This document shows, in pieces, positions 37,808 through 47,384 of a DNA stretch of 64,000 nucleotides (positions within the stretch are counted from its first letter, which is position 1; each line of letters opens with the position of its first letter). Source of the DNA: a virus; IMG/VR virus record IMGVR_UViG_3300031369_000002, positions 1-64,000 of that record, one strand, 5' to 3'. The position numbers and the translations under genes were made by a program. The notes under the pieces are model-generated. The model made no database searches. It was given only the letters and a program-made list of their open reading frames with translations, and had not been told where the DNA came from.

Positions 37808-38056
37808 TTATTTATTCATATAGCCAACTTGCCATCTATTAAGCCAAACCAATAAACAGCCATCAACTAACACCATCTTATCAATAGCAGCAGCAGCCAC
37901 ATAAATATCACCCTGCAAAGCTGTTTTAGTTTTAACCTCATCAGAGTAACAAATAACTAAACCCTTCCCATCTAAGATCACTTTATCATGAGAAGTATAT
38001 GACTTACTCTGATTACCAAAATAACAAGTTACGCTCTTAATATTAATACTCTCCAT
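37808..38056 (-). CDS. Hypothetical protein
   Basis: 82 aa ORF. Confidence 0.5.
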   Translation of the reverse strand: MESINIKSVTCYFGNQSKSYTSHDKVILDGKGLVICYSDEVKTKTALQGDIYVAAAAIDKMVLVDGCLLVWLNRWQVGYMNK

Positions 38057-38156
38057 AAAATTCCCCTTTCACGCACTAAAGGATATTCCTTTAGGGAATA
38101 CCCTCAACGCTGTTTAATTAATTAATATTGCCAATTACAAATATGATTATACACAT

Positions 38157-38185
38157 ATTATATAAACAGCCCATACACTTGTCAA
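38157..38185 (-). promoter_or_regulatory. Class I-like promoter driving an ORF-less AU-rich leader/sRNA
   Basis: TTGACAagtgta..-N17-TATAAT; hairpin at 38078-38105. Confidence 0.7.
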
Positions 38186-38436
38186 GTCTCATCTACCCAA
38201 TAAGAAGCTATACTATCATCATCAGCTAACTTATTCAAAATTCTTTTGTATCTAAAAACACTAATCTGATGTTTAAAATACATATCATATAAGCTCTGGG
38301 TAGTATGATACATATAATTTTCTACTATTAACATTTTAATAAAATAATGCTTGAGATATACCCAAATGACAAGCCCTAGACTTAGGGCCACAGAACAAAA
38401 CCCTATAAATAGAATTAATTTAACAATTTTAATCAT
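38182..38436 (-). CDS. Membrane-anchored hypothetical protein
   Basis: N-terminal TM helix. Confidence 0.5.
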   Translation of the reverse strand: MIKIVKLILFIGFCSVALSLGLVIWVYLKHYFIKMLIVENYMYHTTQSLYDMYFKHQISVFRYKRILNKLADDDSIASYWVDET

Positions 38437-38520
38437 CTCCTTACACCAAAAAAGATTATACCCCAGACAGTATAATCTTTAACAAATTTAGAAGGCTTTT
38501 TAGTTCTTCCCCTCATAACC

Positions 38521-38553
38521 ATTATACCTTAAAAACTAAAAGATAACAAGTTA
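38521..38553 (-). promoter_or_regulatory. Class II promoter TAAC-N20-AGGTATAAT
   Basis: gtta at 38550-53, attatacct at 38521-29. Confidence 0.65.
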
Positions 38554-38567
38554 CAAAGAAATTATTC

Positions 38568-38957
38568 TCAGCTTCCTTGCTTATCTTTCTTTTGCCAGGA
38601 TTTAAACTCTTCTATCTTTTCAGCTAAAGTAAACCCATTACCATCGAAACAGATTGCCCTATCATCTATAGTCAAATAAGCTGCCTTCTTATGTGCTGAT
38701 ATTTCATCATAATAAATATTATGCTCAGTACAATAATCCTTAATAGCTTGTATACCTTCCTTATGAGTACACCTTGAGGAATAAATAACTATCTCATACC
38801 TTCCACTATCTTTTAACCCATCTATACACTCTTTCATGCCTTCAACAACAGGATCAGGAGCCATATCAACTCCATGCCAGCCACTAGTATAAGAATGTAT
38901 AACTCCATCAAAATCAAACAACAATCTTAATTTATTCATTTCTTTTTTAGTCTCCAT
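38568..38957 (-). CDS. HAD-superfamily phosphatase-like protein
   Basis: FDFDGVI, IYSSR, K.AA..TIDDRA motifs. Confidence 0.8.
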   Translation of the reverse strand: METKKEMNKLRLLFDFDGVIHSYTSGWHGVDMAPDPVVEGMKECIDGLKDSGRYEIVIYSSRCTHKEGIQAIKDYCTEHNIYYDEISAHKKAAYLTIDDRAICFDGNGFTLAEKIEEFKSWQKKDKQGS

Positions 38958-38996
38958 AAAGACCTCCTATAAAATAATATTCTTAGCTTCCTTAGA

Positions 38997-39121
38997 TAAA
39001 GAAATAGCAGGATGTTTATCCCACTATTTCCCCCATTAATTACATTTAATTATTTGCTTTCAAACATGGATATAAAATATTAAATTAACATATATTATTA
39101 TTTTAAGGTCATTACCTTAAT
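38997..39121 (-). ncRNA. Candidate AU-rich small RNA
   Basis: TTGACAcatgtaa (39151-56)-N17-TAATCT with TG; terminator at 39001-39030; no RBS-linked ORF. Confidence 0.45.
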
Positions 39122-39172
39122 AAAAAGAGATTACCACAGTTAATTACATGTGTCAAGCCTACACCTTTATAC

Positions 39173-39571
39173 TTACTTTAACCAAGCTTCTTGTAGCCAA
39201 ACATTTTTAAAAACGCCCTCTTTAAAACATACTGTCATCTCAAAACCTTCCTCACCTTTTACATTAGGAGTCCCAGCTCTTAAAATAACATGGCATTCAT
39301 CAGCAACACTTTTATCGACCACATAACAAACATTCCAGCTCTCCAATAACTGAATAAAGCTATCTTTATCCGCAATAGCAGTCCTAAAATTCTCTGTGCT
39401 GCCAAGCATAAACTTTTCTATGTATTCCCTATCCGTAGGAATGGGATAACTACAATATTTAGTACAATAAGGAGCCATATTTTTAATATTTTCCTTATCC
39501 TTTTGGCTTAATATAACCATAATAGGCTCCTCTTCACTATCATAAATCGTATTTCCTATCTTAACTTTCAT
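39173..39571 (-). CDS. Two-domain hypothetical protein
   Basis: MKVKIG..IYDSEEEPIMVIL N-domain; C-domain paralogous to 43738..43914. Confidence 0.6.
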   Translation of the reverse strand: MKVKIGNTIYDSEEEPIMVILSQKDKENIKNMAPYCTKYCSYPIPTDREYIEKFMLGSTENFRTAIADKDSFIQLLESWNVCYVVDKSVADECHVILRAGTPNVKGEEGFEMTVCFKEGVFKNVWLQEAWLK

Positions 39572-39681
39572 TTCTTAGCCTCCTCTATTTGTCAATTATA
39601 TTATATTTTTTATGTTGTCTTGTCTCCTCGCAATGAAAAAATCCCAGGGATTAGTAAAAACCTAGTCAGCAAAACACTACA

Positions 39682-40077
39682 TTATATACAAACCTCAACT
39701 TTTTTTAAATTTCCAGGAATACTTACAGTCAAACCACAAAGTAGACAGTTAATATTTGTATACATAGATTTTTCATAAGACACCTTAGAACTCTCTACTT
39801 TAGAAGGTATAACCTCCTTTTTCTCTATAAAAAGTTTATGTCTAGTATTGCACTGAGGACATACAAAAGTCATATTACTATTAGACTCATCAATTCTAAT
39901 TTCACCTGTTATCAAAAATAATAAAAACTTACTTATAGAATAGCCAGTTACTTTCTCGAACTCTTCCACATCTCTTCTTAAACCTTCAATAGTAAACTCA
40001 TCTATTAAGGCTTTTCTTTTACCATCATCTTTTAAAGCCTCCTTAAAATCGTTTAATAACTTTTCTTTTTCATCCAT
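39682..40077 (-). CDS. Hypothetical protein with zinc ribbon
   Basis: CPQC...CLLC; GGAGG RBS. Confidence 0.55.
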   Translation of the reverse strand: MDEKEKLLNDFKEALKDDGKRKALIDEFTIEGLRRDVEEFEKVTGYSISKFLLFLITGEIRIDESNSNMTFVCPQCNTRHKLFIEKKEVIPSKVESSKVSYEKSMYTNINCLLCGLTVSIPGNLKKVEVCI

Positions 40078-40273
40078 AAATATCTCCTCCTATAATACAC
40101 TCATTTTTTACCTTTTAAACACCTTTTATTTTACCTTATTAATAATATAACACCCTTACCTATTAGATTAATTTAAACCATAATTTTAGGTTAATTTTAG
40201 GCTGATTTTACCCAAAAACCATTGAGCTGTCTTAAAGTAAAATTAATGTTTATTCAAGTTATCATAAAATAAA

Positions 40274-40501
40274 TTAATAATCATGTCTTACAAATAATTC
40301 TCTACATTCTGTACAATACTCCATTGCTATAGAGACACCTATGCTTCTCTTATAATTCACACCGACCTTACTAACCCTTAAATCCTTATATTTATTGGTA
40401 TACAAAGGAGTCTTACACTCTGGACATTCTTTCAGCCAATAACTCTTAGACCTGTATATCTTGCCCCTCGTTATAGCAGTAAACTTCTCCATACTGCACA
40501 C
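40274..40501 (-). CDS. Zinc-ribbon protein
   Basis: CPEC...CTEC. Confidence 0.55.
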   Translation of the reverse strand: MCSMEKFTAITRGKIYRSKSYWLKECPECKTPLYTNKYKDLRVSKVGVNYKRSIGVSIAMEYCTECRELFVRHDY

Positions 40502-40919
40502 GACCTTTCTATCTTAGTATTTAATTAAAGCAACCATTTAATCCTTTTTAAGTATTTTCTATAGCACCATACTTTTAATTGCATACAGTTAATACAATAA
40601 ATATACCCATCCCCTTTATTGACCTCATTACACTTAGCTATTAACCAATAAACATATAACCTTATTCGTATGTACTTAAAGCGTCTTTTTATTTTTCTCT
40701 TACAATTATTTATTCTCATTCTTATTACTCTCAAAATATAAGTTATGCTCATCCTTAAAAGATAGTTTATTAAATAGCTCCTCAGTTACATACAACATAG
40801 AATCTCCTACAGTAGTACCATTAACGTCCATCTTAACATATAATCTGAAGCTTGCAGGTAAAGCCTCTTTCTTATATATCCTAAATTTAATCTCTGACAT
40901 AACAACACTCCTTTTTATC

Positions 40920-41516
40920 TTAGCATTTAAAATCATCATCCAAAAGAGTCATAGCATAAGGAAAGCCCTCCCAGTTATCCACTCCCGCATTTTCTAAAGC
41001 ATTAAGCGTGGCCTCAGACTTTCTTAAACCCTTAACTTCCTTTTCTAACCTCTCTATCCACTCCATATGAGTGAATTTAGCATTTAAAAGCTCTTTATTA
41101 TTAGACCTTAACACCAGATTATCCTCTCTTACTTTTTGATAGCTTTCTATTAAAGCCTCATCTAAAACAGTTAAGTCTTTAAGCTCTAATACTATCTGAA
41201 TAAACATGGCATCCTTTAATTTTTGAAATATATTTAATTCAGCAAAAGGAACCAAACAAGCATGTTGTTTCTTTTCTCGATCAGTGACAGGAGAATACTC
41301 CCAACCATCTTTTAATTTGGCCTCCATCCACACATCATGGGCCTCATAAACAGTAATCTTAGGATTATCTAAAACCTCTTCCACAGTATATATTACCTGA
41401 CTCTTTCTTTCCTCAGACAAATTATCATAAGTCTCAATACAATCCTCACTATTATAAATACGTATAACCTGTAACAAATTAAAAGCTATCTTTGCTATAT
41501 ATTCTTTATCCATCAA
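40920..41516 (-). CDS. RyR-domain protein with coiled-coil C-terminus
   Basis: HDVWMEAKLKDGWEYS...KKQHACLVPFAEL...KLKD matches the RyR repeat motif. Confidence 0.75.
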   Translation of the reverse strand: MMDKEYIAKIAFNLLQVIRIYNSEDCIETYDNLSEERKSQVIYTVEEVLDNPKITVYEAHDVWMEAKLKDGWEYSPVTDREKKQHACLVPFAELNIFQKLKDAMFIQIVLELKDLTVLDEALIESYQKVREDNLVLRSNNKELLNAKFTHMEWIERLEKEVKGLRKSEATLNALENAGVDNWEGFPYAMTLLDDDFKC

Positions 41517-41764
41517 TAAAATTTCCCCTTATACTTTATATTTTGTGTAGCGGTAATAATACTATTACCCTTACCACAATTAATCTGTCCTATATTATTT
41601 TTATGATTGACGACTACTTTTCCATCTTCCATAGTTTCATTGATATTATCTATAATCTCATCAACTAAAATAATCTCAGACTTAAGCTCTGCAATTTCCA
41701 GAGCTTCATTTACAGTCTTTAACATACTTATAATTTCTCTCTTCATTTCATCTTTTTTAACCAT
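41513..41764 (-). CDS. Hypothetical protein
   Basis: ATG at 41764 with AAGGAG RBS. Confidence 0.5.
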   Translation of the reverse strand: MVKKDEMKREIISMLKTVNEALEIAELKSEIILVDEIIDNINETMEDGKVVVNHKNNIGQINCGKGNSIITATQNIKYKGKFY

Positions 41765-41777
41765 TTTAGCACTCCTT

Positions 41778-41945
41778 TTATTTAATTTTTCTATCACACA
41801 GAGGACAATAATAACTTCCCTCTTTTAAGAGCATACAACTATTATGGATATTTGCCCCACAATCACAGATTCCAAAAACAGTATCATGCAATAGACCATC
41901 ACAAGCATTACATATTAAAAATCCATCTTTATCAAACATATCCAT
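41778..41945 (-). CDS. PHD-finger-like micro protein (55 aa)
   Basis: Not in track; ICNAC...ICDCGANIHNSC...YYCPLC; AAGGAG RBS; paralog of 55894..56061. Confidence 0.7.
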   Translation of the reverse strand: MDMFDKDGFLICNACDGLLHDTVFGICDCGANIHNSCMLLKEGSYYCPLCDRKIK

Positions 41946-41972
41946 ATTAAAGCTCCTTTCTATCTTAACATT

Positions 41973-42296
41973 TTAAAACCCTAATTCTTTCTTAAAACAG
42001 GATATACAAAACTCTGCAAACTGATCCTCGTCTAAATCATCTTTTAAATAAGCTTTATAATACAAACAATTATCTAAAAAATCAAAGTCGTTATCAGTTA
42101 AAATCTCTTTAATACATTTAGATACTACAAGCTCATTAAAGAAACTTGACTCCTTTAATAACCACTCAAAAAACTTTTTATTATTCTTCTCAGCTTCACT
42201 CTCTACGATATATTTTTTACACTCAGGACACCATTTCATAGGTTTATTCTCTAAAACAGTATCACAAGCAGAACAAACCTTTTTATCCTTATTCAT
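41973..42296 (-). CDS. Zinc-ribbon-containing hypothetical protein
   Basis: CSAC...WCPEC. Confidence 0.55.
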   Translation of the reverse strand: MNKDKKVCSACDTVLENKPMKWCPECKKYIVESEAEKNNKKFFEWLLKESSFFNELVVSKCIKEILTDNDFDFLDNCLYYKAYLKDDLDEDQFAEFCISCFKKELGF

Positions 42297-42440
42297 TTAA
42301 TCATCCCTTTCCATAACTTCCCTTGCATAATCCTCAAACTCTGCCTCATCTGAAATATAAGTCTGACATACAGGACACCAGCCACTGCCATCATCAATAA
42401 TAAAGTCACAATAAGGACACTCTTCACTAAAAAAATCCAT
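42297..42440 (-). CDS. Acidic micro zinc-ribbon protein (47 aa)
   Basis: Not in track; ECPYC...WCPVC. Confidence 0.55.
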   Translation of the reverse strand: MDFFSEECPYCDFIIDDGSGWCPVCQTYISDEAEFEDYAREVMERDD

Positions 42441-42442
42441 GT

Positions 42443-43288
42443 TTAAACACCTCCTCTTAATATTTTCTCCATTAAATCGACTATACCTATAGCTTTAGCA
42501 AACTCATAACTTTTAGGCTCTAAAAATTCAAGTCTATCAATCTTATTAGGTCTTTTCTCAAAATGTATTCCATACAGGCAAAACTTACAGCCTGTACGAA
42601 GTTCATACTTATAAATATCACATAATTTTATATTATGGTACATGATATATTTATTGACTAATTCATCAGACCATAATCTTAATGGAACACATTTATTAGG
42701 CATTATACAGGTATTGTATTTTTGCTTTCTTAAAATACTCTCACTTATACGCTCCCCAGTAAAATAATAATGCCCTAATCTTTTTAATGGAGCTTTTTTT
42801 AAATGATAACAACACTTATCACTAATTTTTATATTTGTATCCAACAGCCATCTCCATTTATTAGATATTCTAAAATTACCGTTCCCTAATCTAATATCCT
42901 TTGTCTTTTGACAACACTTAGGATTCCTAACATCTGATATATATCTGGATTGCTCTTTTGATATAATAGGATAACCATAATCTTTTATTACACCTACAAA
43001 GGATTTTTTAGGTTTTACTATTTCAACATTATCAAAACTTTTAACAAAATCAACTATAGAATTATACTCAACGCCAGTATTACAAAAGATAGGCTTTATT
43101 CCTGTCAACACACTATCAATTAAATGCTTTAATACTGTACTATCCTTACCACCACTAAAACTCAATGCTATATCATCTTTCCCCATAAAGGCTATAACAC
43201 TAAATATCTTTATTTGTGCTTTTTCTATCAACATTTTTTCATAATCAGTAAACACTTGCTTAAACCTCCTATCCTTTTTCTCTATCAA
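42443..43288 (-). CDS. PAPS reductase-family (PP-loop) protein
   Basis: SFSGGKDSTVL, NTGVE, GYPIISKE, CC.HLKK.P and RTGCKFC motifs. Confidence 0.88.
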   Translation of the reverse strand: MIEKKDRRFKQVFTDYEKMLIEKAQIKIFSVIAFMGKDDIALSFSGGKDSTVLKHLIDSVLTGIKPIFCNTGVEYNSIVDFVKSFDNVEIVKPKKSFVGVIKDYGYPIISKEQSRYISDVRNPKCCQKTKDIRLGNGNFRISNKWRWLLDTNIKISDKCCYHLKKAPLKRLGHYYFTGERISESILRKQKYNTCIMPNKCVPLRLWSDELVNKYIMYHNIKLCDIYKYELRTGCKFCLYGIHFEKRPNKIDRLEFLEPKSYEFAKAIGIVDLMEKILRGGV

Positions 43289-43359
43289 TAGGTAAAGGTT
43301 CAGTAGTTTCTTTAGGCTTCTCAGGAATATAATTTTCTCCTTCTACCATAACACCCCTC

Positions 43360-43737
43360 CTAAAATATAAGATGAGGACAACTAAAAGCCGCCTCTACTT
43401 CAATTAATATAATAAAATCACCTGACTGTATACCAGGTAAAATCTCATTAATTTTTTTAACTGTAACCTCAGCGGCAATACTTACCATATCACTACAAGA
43501 GGTATTATAATAACCCTCTGAGTAATACTTACCGCTCCTTTTAAAGTAAGTTAATTTCACTCTATACATTTCCTTTTTCTCCCCTTTACAGCAATGACAA
43601 TGCATATATTTTTTTATATATTCACAATAATAAGTCAATTCTCCGCATTTTTCACATCCACCAGAAAAACACCTATTATCAGCTAAAGAAATACTCTTGG
43701 GTATACTTAATATTTTAAAGCAATCAGCCATAAACAC
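43360..43737 (-). CDS. Hypothetical protein (start uncertain)
   Basis: C-terminal VKLTYFKRSGKYYSEG motif seen in phage proteins. Confidence 0.5.
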   Translation of the reverse strand: MFMADCFKILSIPKSISLADNRCFSGGCEKCGELTYYCEYIKKYMHCHCCKGEKKEMYRVKLTYFKRSGKYYSEGYYNTSCSDMVSIAAEVTVKKINEILPGIQSGDFIILIEVEAAFSCPHLIF

Positions 43738-43914
43738 CTACTCCCATAATCCAAACTTTACAAACTTGCCATCCACAAAATAGACCACAGTCTCAAAACA
43801 TGTATAGCCTTCAACCTTTTTAGTATCAGCCGATAAAACCACATTTTCTCCTTCTTTACTATAGGCTACACCCCAATTATTCAACAATGCTATAAACTTA
43901 TCAAAATCAGACAA
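43738..43914 (-). CDS. Small hypothetical protein (58 aa)
   Basis: TTG at 43914 with GGAGG RBS after a class II promoter; the track start at 44013 runs across that promoter. Confidence 0.6.
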   Translation of the reverse strand: MSDFDKFIALLNNWGVAYSKEGENVVLSADTKKVEGYTCFETVVYFVDGKFVKFGLWE

Positions 43915-43933
43915 GACCAACACCTCCTTTAAT

Positions 43934-43966
43934 ATTATACCTACCATTAAACAAAAAAGCATGTAC
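43934..43966 (-). promoter_or_regulatory. Class II promoter GTAC-N20-AGGTATAAT
   Basis: Near-identical to the copy at 28614 (GTACATGCTTTTTTG). Confidence 0.7.
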
Positions 43967-43994
43967 AATTTAAAAATTATACATGCTATAACTA

Positions 43995-44306
43995 TTAAAT
44001 TAATCCTGACCAATTATTATAAGTTCTACCATTATCATTAGCGAATAATATATAACAGTTTAACTCAGTATCCCATATAAATTTAGAATTAAAGTAACCC
44101 TGACCAGTCTTTAAAGTGCCAGTTATACATTTAAAGTCTGGCACCTTTTTAGTCACCTTATATCTAGCCTCTAAATAATCCACCAGATCATATACATCAT
44201 CTAAGAATATACCTCTGGATAAATTTTGTATTCTCTTATCATCAGCAAAAAACTTTCTCTCAACCCTATTCTCACACACCATTACTTTTAGTTCTTTCAT
44301 TCCCAT
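43995..44306 (-). CDS. Early hypothetical protein
   Basis: 103 aa ORF with RBS. Confidence 0.55.
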   Translation of the reverse strand: MGMKELKVMVCENRVERKFFADDKRIQNLSRGIFLDDVYDLVDYLEARYKVTKKVPDFKCITGTLKTGQGYFNSKFIWDTELNCYILFANDNGRTYNNWSGLI

Positions 44307-44324
44307 TCCCTCCTTATCACACCA

Positions 44325-44693
44325 TTAACCTATACACTCAGCAAACCCTTTAATAGCTGCCTGAAACAAATCTCTTTCTAAATCTTCAAAGCTTTCTATT
44401 TCAGTACACTTAAATGTTCTTTTTAACTTCACTAAATCACCTTTAACACCACTTTTAACAGTCTTTACAGTGTTATCAGAATAATCTGATAACTTAGTAT
44501 ATCTCCAAGAAGAATCAATCTTTTTTTGAGCTTTTACCCATTTTCTATAGGCTTGCTTTTCATGCAAAGCCTTTTTAGAAATATGCCGAAAACACTTAAC
44601 TTTATCACCTTTTATCTCTTTTATGGTCCAGGGTAAAAATAAACCCCTGACCTTACTTTCTAAAACTAAATCACCTTTATTAAAATCACTCAT
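44325..44693 (-). CDS. Early hypothetical protein
   Basis: First gene after class I promoter 44735-44763. Confidence 0.6.
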   Translation of the reverse strand: MSDFNKGDLVLESKVRGLFLPWTIKEIKGDKVKCFRHISKKALHEKQAYRKWVKAQKKIDSSWRYTKLSDYSDNTVKTVKSGVKGDLVKLKRTFKCTEIESFEDLERDLFQAAIKGFAECIG

Positions 44694-44718
44694 ACAATAA
44701 TTCCTCCTCCTAAAAATT

Positions 44719-44764
44719 TTTATCTTATGATTTAATTATACACCTATCCTTGACACATGTCAAG
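44719..44764 (-). promoter_or_regulatory. Class I promoter plus leader; palindrome CTTGACA-TG-TGTCAAG
   Basis: TTGACA-N17-TATAAT-N6-ATAAGATAAA. Confidence 0.85.
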
Positions 44765-44774
44765 CTTTAATATA

Positions 44775-44806
44775 AAAAGAGAGGATAATTAAATAACCTC
44801 TCTTTT
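44775..44806 (-). terminator. Intrinsic terminator insulating a class I promoter
   Basis: AAAAGAGAGG/CCTCTCTTTT stem. Confidence 0.75.
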
Positions 44807-44816
44807 CTCAGCTTCC

Positions 44817-45311
44817 TTAATCATACATGGATTTTACAAACCTGTTAGTCTTAGCACAAATAACTTGCAATGTGCTAGGCTCAAATTTATAATCCCTTAA
44901 AAGCAAACCATCTTTTAATTTAGTGACCTCCATTACATAATCATAACTATCCTTGAAAAAATACTTATTTATATAACTTTCTACAGAATATAAAACCGTC
45001 CAATCATGACTGCTAAAAACATCACTTAAAGGCAAATCATTACCTGCATTTTTAAGGACCGTATCAAAAGAGGCAAACTCATCATTATAGATAATTAAAG
45101 AAATTAACTGGTACCTATCCTCATACAAATAATATTTATTGGTGTCTACCTCTTTAATTTTCTCCTCTATTTTAACCTTTTCCCGCACTTTAATAACCGT
45201 TTTTGGTTTTAAACAAGTAGACACTAGCCAAAGGTTAAAAAGCACTATGCCTACTAAAACAATGAAATAAATTAATATAATTTTTATATGTAACCTCAAC
45301 CATTTAATCAT
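44817..45311 (-). CDS. Membrane-anchored hypothetical protein
   Basis: N-terminal TM helix. Confidence 0.55.
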   Translation of the reverse strand: MIKWLRLHIKIILIYFIVLVGIVLFNLWLVSTCLKPKTVIKVREKVKIEEKIKEVDTNKYYLYEDRYQLISLIIYNDEFASFDTVLKNAGNDLPLSDVFSSHDWTVLYSVESYINKYFFKDSYDYVMEVTKLKDGLLLRDYKFEPSTLQVICAKTNRFVKSMYD

Positions 45312-46138
45312 TATGAATCCCCTTTAAGATTATATTTTTCTACCAGTTCTAAAAGCCTGGTATCTAACTTAGCCTTATTTTTTTCACCACTATAAATCAC
45401 TAAATAGTAGTTGGTCTCATCTATATTACTAAGAGCATTATAACTATCCCAATAATGCTCTTTTATCAGAACAGCGTAAGTATTACTTAATGTAAAATTA
45501 GGCTTGCATTCTTCTTCCTCAGGAGTTTCAGTGTCTCCATTATTTGAGTACTCATAATAATATTCAAATCCACAATGAAGATCATCACCATATAATATAG
45601 TATCCTCCTGCAATTTCCCTTCTTCTCCTGCCCATGAGTGCTTTCTTGTATAATCTACAAGAGTCATTCTTTTAGCAAATTCCTCATAATCAGTTATAAA
45701 TTCAACTTCTATATCCATAATAGATAAATCTATATTATCCACTACGGCATGTATAAAATTTTCATCTTCTATATTAGAAGCTCTGATAATTTTCTCTGTC
45801 AATCTGGCTTTCTTTTCTGTCTCCGTTAAAGCCAGATAATTATTATATTCCTCTTCCTTCTCAGACACATAATCTCTCCATCTATGAGAGACATAGATAT
45901 AATCTTTATCAACATAATCGATATAATATCTATGAACCTCATCCTCAGACACATAAACATTCCTGCCTCTGGCAAGAGGTAAAGGATACTCAGGTTTATA
46001 AATCTTGATAAACTCAGATTTATGATCTCTAAAGGTATCAGAGACAAACTCCAACACATCCTTTTCAAAGATCGCATTTATTTCTATAACATCAAGACCA
46101 GTTAACTGGCCTATAATTTCTTTTTGTAAAATTTTCAT
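45311..46138 (-). CDS. Acidic early hypothetical protein
   Basis: ATG at 46138 with AAGGAGG RBS; Glu/Asp/Tyr-rich. Confidence 0.6.
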   Translation of the reverse strand: MKILQKEIIGQLTGLDVIEINAIFEKDVLEFVSDTFRDHKSEFIKIYKPEYPLPLARGRNVYVSEDEVHRYYIDYVDKDYIYVSHRWRDYVSEKEEEYNNYLALTETEKKARLTEKIIRASNIEDENFIHAVVDNIDLSIMDIEVEFITDYEEFAKRMTLVDYTRKHSWAGEEGKLQEDTILYGDDLHCGFEYYYEYSNNGDTETPEEEECKPNFTLSNTYAVLIKEHYWDSYNALSNIDETNYYLVIYSGEKNKAKLDTRLLELVEKYNLKGDS

Positions 46139-46151
46139 ACTATTATCCTCC

Positions 46152-46694
46152 TTAAAAGTACTCCACCACAAATTTTAATTTAGTATCATCATAAAAAGCC
46201 CATACGTTACATAAAGTTTCTTTTGAAAACACTAACATATAAGACCCATCAAATTTACCTTTACTAGTAAAATAAATATAGTTAGCGTTAACAGTTTGAA
46301 AAATATTATATAATTCTAAATGAATAATATACGTTTTACTATGCTCAGGTTTCATTACAGGCTCTTGCTTATATCTAAGAACATCTAATAAATCCCTTAA
46401 TTGAACCAAAGTTTCAAACTTATCACCAGCTACATTATCTTGGGCATCTTCTCTTTGCATTTCAAAAGACACCTCATGAGTATTAAAATACTCTATATCT
46501 TCCTCAGAGATATTCAATTCATCAATAATTTTATTGATAGACATACCCTGGGCTTTATAAATTCTAGCCAAAGAAGCTCTAGCAGCCTTATACTTTATCA
46601 ACTCTTTAACTACAGCCCTTCTAGTAATACCCTCAGGCTCTTTAACACCATCTAAATTTTTATATTCCTCTAACAAATCTTTATAATTTTTCAT
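46152..46694 (-). CDS. Early protein with possible HTH
   Basis: QGMSINKIIDELNISEEDI resembles an HTH; first gene after a class I promoter. Confidence 0.55.
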   Translation of the reverse strand: MKNYKDLLEEYKNLDGVKEPEGITRRAVVKELIKYKAARASLARIYKAQGMSINKIIDELNISEEDIEYFNTHEVSFEMQREDAQDNVAGDKFETLVQLRDLLDVLRYKQEPVMKPEHSKTYIIHLELYNIFQTVNANYIYFTSKGKFDGSYMLVFSKETLCNVWAFYDDTKLKFVVEYF

Positions 46695-46719
46695 ATGATC
46701 TCTCCTTCAAAAAATTTTA

Positions 46720-46764
46720 TTTATCTTATGGTTATATATTATCATGACACTTTACACATGTCAA
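46720..46764 (-). promoter_or_regulatory. Class I promoter plus leader
   Basis: TTGACAtgtgtaaag..-N17-TAATAT, ATAAGATAAA. Confidence 0.8.
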
Positions 46765-46820
46765 GGATAAATATAAAAAAATAAGAGAGTATCTTAAATA
46801 CCCTCTCAGCTTTATTACTT

Positions 46821-47054
46821 CTAATCAATTTTCTTTATATCCTGCCAATTCAAAACATACACATCTAACTTATACTCATATTTATCCTTAGCATTCTTAA
46901 TTTTAGTTTTCTTATACCATATAATATTAGCCATAGGAATAGTTATTTCATCTATAGTAATGCCTATAGAATTAATAATACACTCAGCTGTACCCGATTC
47001 TAAAAGATCACCCTTATAAAAACTATCTACATAGGCATTAAATTTATCAAACAT
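46821..47054 (-). CDS. Hypothetical protein
   Basis: 77 aa ORF with RBS. Confidence 0.5.
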   Translation of the reverse strand: MFDKFNAYVDSFYKGDLLESGTAECIINSIGITIDEITIPMANIIWYKKTKIKNAKDKYEYKLDVYVLNWQDIKKID

Positions 47055-47384
47055 TTAATCATCCTTTCTATTCAAATACATACTATCAGTTACTATATCT
47101 ACAACAGCAACCAACTCTATAGACCCTACAATTGCCCCAGCACCTTCGACAACCCGTCCACCAATTACACATTTAAAGTTATTATTCTCCATAACTTCCT
47201 CCTATTAAGCATCCTTTCTTATAAAACATATTCCTCATAAAAATCCTCAATGGAATAAGTCTCCCAGGAATCACCATTATTAACCTCAACACAATCCCCA
47301 TGACAAACAAAATTGCTAGGGTCTACCTTACAAAAAGTCTCTACCATATCCAACATACTACTCATAATATTCCTCCTCTTTTAT

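Noticed and set aside
38451-38480. GGTATAAT as another class II promoter
   Set aside because: It is one arm of a terminator-like hairpin and lacks the AC element at the 20-bp spacing.
39050-39090. Solitary CRISPR repeat (ends TTGAAAG)
   Set aside because: Only the 3' end resembles a repeat; no convincing family match by eye. It needs a repeat-database search.
40090-40270. Replication origin (short AAAAGGT and CCTAAAATT repeats)
   Set aside because: The repeats are too short and few for AT-rich DNA, and there is no adjacent initiator gene.
10908-46077. Nested minus-strand ORFs 10908..11090, 29212..29415 and 45826..46077
   Set aside because: Alternative frames inside longer genes, with biased composition and no RBS.
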